Positions 58,598 to 64,000 of a stretch of DNA of 64,000 nucleotides are shown piece after piece. The notes beneath the pieces were generated by a model, which had not been told where the DNA came from, did no database searches, and worked only from the letters and a program-made list of their open reading frames with translations. The first letter of the stretch is position 1, and the number at the start of each line of letters is the position of its first letter. Origin of the DNA: a virus. Taxonomy: Duplodnaviria > Caudoviricetes. Where the stretch lies: the IMG/VR virus record IMGVR_UViG_3300031998_000004. The stretch is one strand, 5' to 3'. The translations under genes and the position numbers were made by a program.

Positions 58598-59101
58598 ATG
58601 AAAAGTCTACAAGAAAGTTTGTTTGATGATAACATAACTAAGGATATTGTTATTTCGGAATTATTTGAAATAACCAATATTTTTATACGAAGTGATGTTC
58701 GTGATTGGATTGATGAAAATTTTCAATATAATATCCTATTTAAAAACAGAGAAAAATTCGAATTACATAATTATCCCAAAGATATAGATAAGAATTCTTT
58801 AGCATTACAAACAATTTTAAGTTATATTGATTCTATACCAGTAAGTTTGTTTTGGGACGGTACAGAATTTTATCGAAAAAACCTTTACGATAAACTTGAA
58901 ACTATAAAAAAATATAAGAGACAACCAAATATACCTAATTTTTTTGTTGAAGGAGTTCATCCTATTTTTGATCAAAAAAGAAGAAATTCTCGAATAAAAA
59001 AATTATCAGGGTTTGATGTGCAATTTATGGTTATAGATAAAGAAAAATTTAAGGAATCATTTGGTGGAAGAGAAATAATTATAAAATATAAACTAAAATA
59101 A
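58598..59101 (+). CDS. MKSL-family hypothetical protein
   Basis: MKSLQESLFDDNI. Confidence 0.7.
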   Translation: MKSLQESLFDDNITKDIVISELFEITNIFIRSDVRDWIDENFQYNILFKNREKFELHNYPKDIDKNSLALQTILSYIDSIPVSLFWDGTEFYRKNLYDKLETIKKYKRQPNIPNFFVEGVHPIFDQKRRNSRIKKLSGFDVQFMVIDKEKFKESFGGREIIIKYKLK

Positions 59102-59102
59102 C

Positions 59103-59732
59103 ATGAAAAGTCTACAAGAAAGTTTGTTTGATAAGGATCTATTGGATAAAGGAGTAGTATTGGGCACCGACGCTGCTTGCGAATATTTTACAAGCATCCT
59201 ATCAAAATCAGACTTTGTTAAGTATAATAAATATGACTCATCAAAACGTTCATATAATATTAATCGAGGGAACACCTCTTTCCAAGTTACCTTGATGGGA
59301 CACGTATCATATAGTACAACAAATACCATGAGGGGTCTTGATCGTATAATTGATTACCAACTCAAGATGTATTTTGATACATATAAAGATGGATGTGTTA
59401 TAAATTACGTCGATTTCGAATTTAGTCATGGAACGGAGATGGATGGAGAAAATTTTGGTTATATTCCCAAAGGTATTGGTAATAAACGATATGTATTGAT
59501 TTCATCCGACAATATAAATAGAATATTTAATCACTACGTTGAATTGTTTGATAAGATGGAAAAATATTTCTACTCTAAAGAATTCAAAGATATTGTTACT
59601 GATGGAAAATTAGATAAACCAATATGGGCAATATGGGGGTTGTCTGATGCTCTATATAACAGAAGATTGAATAAATATAAAGAAAACAAGAAGCAAATTC
59701 TTAATGACCTTAAAAAGCATATAAAAAGTTAA
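59103..59732 (+). CDS. MKSL-family hypothetical protein
   Basis: MKSLQESLFDKDL. Confidence 0.7.
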   Translation: MKSLQESLFDKDLLDKGVVLGTDAACEYFTSILSKSDFVKYNKYDSSKRSYNINRGNTSFQVTLMGHVSYSTTNTMRGLDRIIDYQLKMYFDTYKDGCVINYVDFEFSHGTEMDGENFGYIPKGIGNKRYVLISSDNINRIFNHYVELFDKMEKYFYSKEFKDIVTDGKLDKPIWAIWGLSDALYNRRLNKYKENKKQILNDLKKHIKS

Positions 59733-59734
59733 TA

Positions 59735-60343
59735 ATGAAAAGTTTACAAGAAAGTTTGTTTGATAAAGATTTAACCCAAAAACGCATACTTGATAAAATG
59801 GATTTGACTCAAGTATGTGAATGTGTTACTGATATATATAAAGATTATAAGAACAAACTAAATATCAACTTTTATTCATTTCCTCCGAGATACAAGTCGG
59901 ATACAACGGCTCGTTTTATGATACACTGGGGTAGTCATAGAGCCGATGCGTCGCATGATTGGATATATGAGACAGAAATTAATTTCACCGCAAGAAATGG
60001 AAAGAGTGGTAAGATGTGGTTTGACCCTATTACAGTTAGTGTCAATGTTAGATCAACCAAATGGAGTTTTAGACTTCCTATGATATATATCAAATGGACA
60101 TTAGGAAAATATATTTATTGGGATGGAAACAATCCAAAGGATGAAGATATTATAAACGTTTTGGAAAACATAAAGAATATTTTTGAAGATGTGGCAGTTA
60201 TGTAAAAAGAACTTGAATGGTGGTTTGAAAAGAATATTCCTGATGATTACTATCTATCAGAAATTTCTAACGAAACAAAACTACACAAGGCATTTGTAGA
60301 AATTGTCGAGAATAAATGGTTTAAAAATATAATGCCTAAGTAA
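59735..60343 (+). pseudogene. MKSL-family gene with an internal in-frame TAA at 60203-60205
   Basis: Frame stays open 45 more codons to a TAA overlapping the next ATG. Confidence 0.6.
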
Positions 60344-60795
60344 TGAAAAGTCTTAAAGAAAGTTTGTTTGATGATAATATAAAGAAAGACCTCACTATTA
60401 GGGATGTCTGCGAACTCAACCCAACCAAAACTGGTCGTGGTATTGTAGCCGCGGGTCTACCAATCGGATATTTCTTTAGTGTTGACAAACTAAAAAAATA
60501 CACCCACCCATATGACATAACAAGTAATCCGGAATACAATTCCTTAGATTATCTTATTGGTGTGATCGTAGACCAACCAATACCTTCAAAATCCAATGTT
60601 AAGACATCTGATCATAAATGGTGTGAAAATCTCAAAAAGGTACTTACTAAATATGTTAACAGAGGTTGGAGATTAGAATGGGATAAAAAAATTGATGTGT
60701 ATTTAATTGAATACCCCGATGATTGTTTCGCAGTAAGTATAGATTTTGATAGTGGTACAGGTTCATACGAATTTATTTTCAAACCCAAATCATAA
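60343..60795 (+). CDS. MKSL-family hypothetical protein
   Basis: MKSLKESLFDDNI. Confidence 0.7.
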   Translation: MKSLKESLFDDNIKKDLTIRDVCELNPTKTGRGIVAAGLPIGYFFSVDKLKKYTHPYDITSNPEYNSLDYLIGVIVDQPIPSKSNVKTSDHKWCENLKKVLTKYVNRGWRLEWDKKIDVYLIEYPDDCFAVSIDFDSGTGSYEFIFKPKS

Positions 60796-60891
60796 TTTCT
60801 TCATAATGTTATCAAACCTTTTGTATTTTTACATCAAAATAAAAAGATGACCATTTAGTCATCTTTTCTTTTTCTCGCCGTTAAATCGAAT

Positions 60892-61464
60892 TTATTTAAG
60901 TTCTCCCCTGAGTTTATTTAATAGGTTTCCGAGCATATTTATAGATACTGGAACATCGTGTACGTAATCAAACCATTCAATCCTCCCAAATTCTTCAATT
61001 TCCCTTGCGAGTGTAGATTCGCTCATTCCAGCTCCCCAAAAACAATCGTATGGACTTGCTTCTACAAATTGTTTATTATCGATTGCTGGGTCAAGGAACT
61101 TTTTAAGTATATCCGGGTTTTGTTTAAATTTCAATTGAAGTGTCTCCCACATATACTTCACTCGAACCGCATCCCATTCTTTTGGATTAAGTTTGATATG
61201 ACGGGCAATTCCTTTTGTTTCTGCTGGGGACTGTGCGAGCGCAATTTTATAGTAACTATATTTATCCCCGGCCATCACAGCTTTCCGGCTCTGGTAATAG
61301 GCTTCTGCTGTTTTGAAGGTGATTGTAGAAGGAAGATGGGGTTCGTCCCAGAGTTCCTGTTCTTCGGTCCATTGAAAGTCGTCCCAGACCGTGATAGGAG
61401 ACTCGGCAAAATTACTCGGCCAATCTTTTCCGAAGAATAATATGTATTTCTCAGTTATTGTCAT
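60892..61464 (-). CDS. NADAR/YbiA family hydrolase
   Basis: SNF, TAE.YYQ..KA, KF.QN, EASPYD.FWG.G, N.LG..L..LR. Confidence 0.9.
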   Translation of the reverse strand: MTITEKYILFFGKDWPSNFAESPITVWDDFQWTEEQELWDEPHLPSTITFKTAEAYYQSRKAVMAGDKYSYYKIALAQSPAETKGIARHIKLNPKEWDAVRVKYMWETLQLKFKQNPDILKKFLDPAIDNKQFVEASPYDCFWGAGMSESTLAREIEEFGRIEWFDYVHDVPVSINMLGNLLNKLRGELK

Positions 61465-61687
61465 CGTTCAGTCTCTCCCAAACAGCGTTAATAAAATTGT
61501 CTATATACTTATCTTCATAGAAACAGTCAATACCATCTATGAACTGAACATCTCGAGCAGTACCACCAAACAGTTCATCACAGACGTTAAATACCTTCTG
61601 ACCCTTTCTCCATTCCTTCGGACAGGAGTCAACGGTTTCCCAAATCTTTACAATGAAATCTTCGTACTTCATATTTGATTTCTCCAA
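61451..61687 (-). CDS. Hypothetical protein
   Basis: WRKGQ..FN, DCFY.D motif. Confidence 0.6.
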   Translation of the reverse strand: MEKSNMKYEDFIVKIWETVDSCPKEWRKGQKVFNVCDELFGGTARDVQFIDGIDCFYEDKYIDNFINAVWERLNDDNN

Positions 61688-61875
61688 ACTTTTTTATTAG
61701 CAATTGCTCTCCATATAATTGCACCCAATGCAATAAATATACCGAGCGGACTGAGTAATACAGTAGGTATTATTTCTTCATCGGCAAATCCCAATCGATC
61801 CATAAGACCACCAGTCACACAACACAGCAACCAGTACCCAACCATAACCAATGAGAATATTGCGAACCAGCCCAT
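61669..61875 (-). CDS. Small two-TM membrane protein
   Basis: Hydrophobic segments. Confidence 0.55.
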   Translation of the reverse strand: MGWFAIFSLVMVGYWLLCCVTGGLMDRLGFADEEIIPTVLLSPLGIFIALGAIIWRAIANKKVWRNQI

Positions 61876-61880
61876 ATGTG

Positions 61881-62141
61881 TTATATTGTATAAATAGATT
61901 TACTATCAATACCTGCGATAACTTCCCATACCCCTCTGTCTTCATAGATACTTCCTTCAGTCACTTCGTAAAGGAGTTTGGTTTCGGTTACTTCATCCAT
62001 ATAGTTTTTAACAGCAGTATCGGACGCGGTCTGTGCCGAGTTGGAAGGGATAAGAACGTTTATGTGTTCTTCATTGGTGTCCCCTGTGAAAGGTGGGTAG
62101 TGTTTGATTCCCCGGACAAGATAAATCTTTTTGACTAGCAT
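61881..62141 (-). CDS. Hypothetical protein
   Basis: ORF in the operon direction. Confidence 0.5.
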   Translation of the reverse strand: MLVKKIYLVRGIKHYPPFTGDTNEEHINVLIPSNSAQTASDTAVKNYMDEVTETKLLYEVTEGSIYEDRGVWEVIAGIDSKSIYTI

Positions 62142-62178
62142 ACTCTCTATGTGTGTTTCTTAATTATATTTAACAAAT

Positions 62179-62526
62179 TCATTTCAATTCTTTAGTCAAT
62201 ACATCACCGTTCCAATCCTCACATTCTCCTGTTTTCTTATATCCACATCTCACATACCAATCTTCTATCCATGACCCTCTCTCAGCACATAATTCTACTT
62301 CTGTTGCACCCATTGATTTTGCTTCCTGTTCAGCCCAATACAATAGAGAATATCCTATTCCTATTTTTCTATAGTCCTCTGTAACAGACAAACCATGAAT
62401 AGTTGCAACTCCTGGTATATCATTATGGACAGACACATTGACAAGCCCATGTCCGTTTCGTCTGACTACAGTGTGTGTCTGCCCCCACCACCAAGTATTT
62501 TGATGTACAAAATGGTCTTTTCTCAT
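62179..62526 (-). CDS. GNAT acetyltransferase
   Basis: LSV..DYRKIGIG..LL, WY.R.GY. Confidence 0.85.
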   Translation of the reverse strand: MRKDHFVHQNTWWWGQTHTVVRRNGHGLVNVSVHNDIPGVATIHGLSVTEDYRKIGIGYSLLYWAEQEAKSMGATEVELCAERGSWIEDWYVRCGYKKTGECEDWNGDVLTKELK

Positions 62527-63554
62527 TAGTCAACGAGTTTTTTGAAATAATCTCCGACAATCACTACCGGAGTACCCTTATCGCCGCTTCCACTCACTAG
62601 GTCCATCAATGAGCCAAGGAGGTCAACAATCCTACGAGGGGTAGTCCCGAGTTCCTGACCAGCTTTCCCGCGGTTGGTTTTAATAGATTTATAAATGTCC
62701 TGTTCATTCATTCCACTATCGATAGCGTTCTTGAGTTTCACTTCTGCGGGCATCCCATCAAGCCCACTCGTCCAAGCAGGACTCACAACAGGGTCGGCCC
62801 ACTCCCATATACCTGTACTAGGATCCTTGTATGCGCCGTCACCATAGATCATCACCTCAACATCCTTGCCGCATCTCTCTTTGATAGTTTGCTGTAGTGT
62901 GTTGACAAAGTATTGTGCGTACTGCTTGTCAGGGAAGAGTTTAAGACGGTTGTTTCCTGCCGCGTTCATTCCAAGAAGCCCCCAGCTGTTTCTCTCTCCA
63001 AGAATATCCTTGAGTGTGAGCTCATAAGGGGAACTGGGTGCGTGGAGCCTACAGTCCACAATCACGACTCCTTCTTTATTAAGTTCGCTGAGTTGTGCTC
63101 GATTCCAAAGCCCATCATCAACCCATTCAAATTCCTTTCCTGCTCCTTCAATCCACTCCTTATATACATCTCTGTAGTTAACACCGGTAACTTGGTGATC
63201 AATATGATTACCCACTTCATCAGTCTCACCTGACATAATTATGACTTTAGTAATGTTTGGTGCACAGAGCAAACCACGGAGAATAGGAATAAACCTATTA
63301 CGTGAAAAGATAGGATTAATAAGATAGAGATGTGTTGCTGTTGGTTTATAATTAGTTAACCACTTACCAACTTCTTCAAGCCCGACATACATACCAGCAT
63401 TCCTAGCAACAACACTTTCAGTCACACCAATAATATCACCATTCTTACCTCCTACCTCACTATAGTTATTCACAATAGCATCAATCAAATTGTCTCCTTC
63501 TTTAATAAGCGGGAGTCGGAGACCAAACACCCTAGTACCTACAAGGTTTCTCAT
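62526..63554 (-). CDS. F420-0:gamma-glutamyl ligase (CofE-like) family protein
   Basis: P.IKEGD, GVTESVVAR, YGDGAYKDP..IWE.ADP, GTTPRR..DL.GSL.DL.SGSGDKGTP. Confidence 0.85.
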   Translation of the reverse strand: MRNLVGTRVFGLRLPLIKEGDNLIDAIVNNYSEVGGKNGDIIGVTESVVARNAGMYVGLEEVGKWLTNYKPTATHLYLINPIFSRNRFIPILRGLLCAPNITKVIIMSGETDEVGNHIDHQVTGVNYRDVYKEWIEGAGKEFEWVDDGLWNRAQLSELNKEGVVIVDCRLHAPSSPYELTLKDILGERNSWGLLGMNAAGNNRLKLFPDKQYAQYFVNTLQQTIKERCGKDVEVMIYGDGAYKDPSTGIWEWADPVVSPAWTSGLDGMPAEVKLKNAIDSGMNEQDIYKSIKTNRGKAGQELGTTPRRIVDLLGSLMDLVSGSGDKGTPVVIVGDYFKKLVD

Positions 63555-64000
63555 ACATTATGAATTATTTCTATTTTAGATTGTTCCCAATATTGTCCTT
63601 TTGGCTCAAGACTTACCTTGATAGTTCCATCAAAGAACCCTTCATTGATTTCATAATGAGACACAACAAAGATTGTTTCGTCCGGTTGCATGTCGTCGCG
63701 GAGCATCCAAGACATCTCGTTCCTCAACTCACTATGCATATTACTAAACAGCTCATCCAAGAACACTATATTCAATGAGTTACTCCCCATCACCGTCCCA
63801 AGCACAGACATGATGATTATCATATCGACTGTCTTCAGCTGTCCTGTACTGAGACTACTCACAGGGATATCTTCATCTGTTCCTGGGAGTCGAATTTGAC
63901 ACTTAAACTGATTGTCAAACTGAATGATGTAACGCTGACGAAGTCGTTGACTGTACTTCATTATATTCTCGTTTAATACAGGAATGAATGATGAAAGAAT
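63551..64000 (-). CDS. C-terminus of an SbcC/Rad50/gp46-like ATPase (gene starts beyond the window)
   Basis: Signature LSTGQ, Walker B FLDE, H-loop VSH. Confidence 0.85.
   Translation of the reverse strand: MLSSFIPVLNENIMKYSQRLRQRYIIQFDNQFKCQIRLPGTDEDIPVSSLSTGQLKTVDMIIIMSVLGTVMGSNSLNIVFLDELFSNMHSELRNEMSWMLRDDMQPDETIFVVSHYEINEGFFDGTIKVSLEPKGQYWEQSKIEIIHNV

Noticed and set aside
1-64000. Stop-codon reassignment (TAG to Gln, as in Lak phages)
   Set aside because: Long genes are intact in the standard code, several genes end at TAG, and the Gln tRNA anticodon is CTG rather than CTA.

Overview
A 64-kb segment of an AT-rich, T4-like jumbo phage genome read with the standard genetic code. The host is probably Bacteroidales, judged from a type V pilus-like operon, BspA-type leucine-rich repeats and a BT4734/VirE-like primase. 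Protein-coding content includes a gp23-like major capsid, a gp19-like tail tube, two receptor-binding/tail-fibre modules, lysis genes, a sigma factor, a primase-helicase, nucleotide and cofactor enzymes, four putative homing endonucleases and a family of small proteins starting MKSLxESLF. There are 18 tRNA genes, one split by a group I intron. A complete diversity-generating retroelement (RT, TR, Avd, VR, hairpin) targets a tail-fibre C-terminus. The most striking feature is that each of the two main tRNA operons is preceded by a tiny unannotated leader ORF whose codons match the anticodons of that operon's own tRNAs, followed by mutually exclusive antiterminator and terminator hairpins. This looks like ribosome-stalling transcription attenuation that switches on phage tRNA arrays when the matching host tRNAs are depleted. 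All calls are from reading the sequence by eye; no searches were run.
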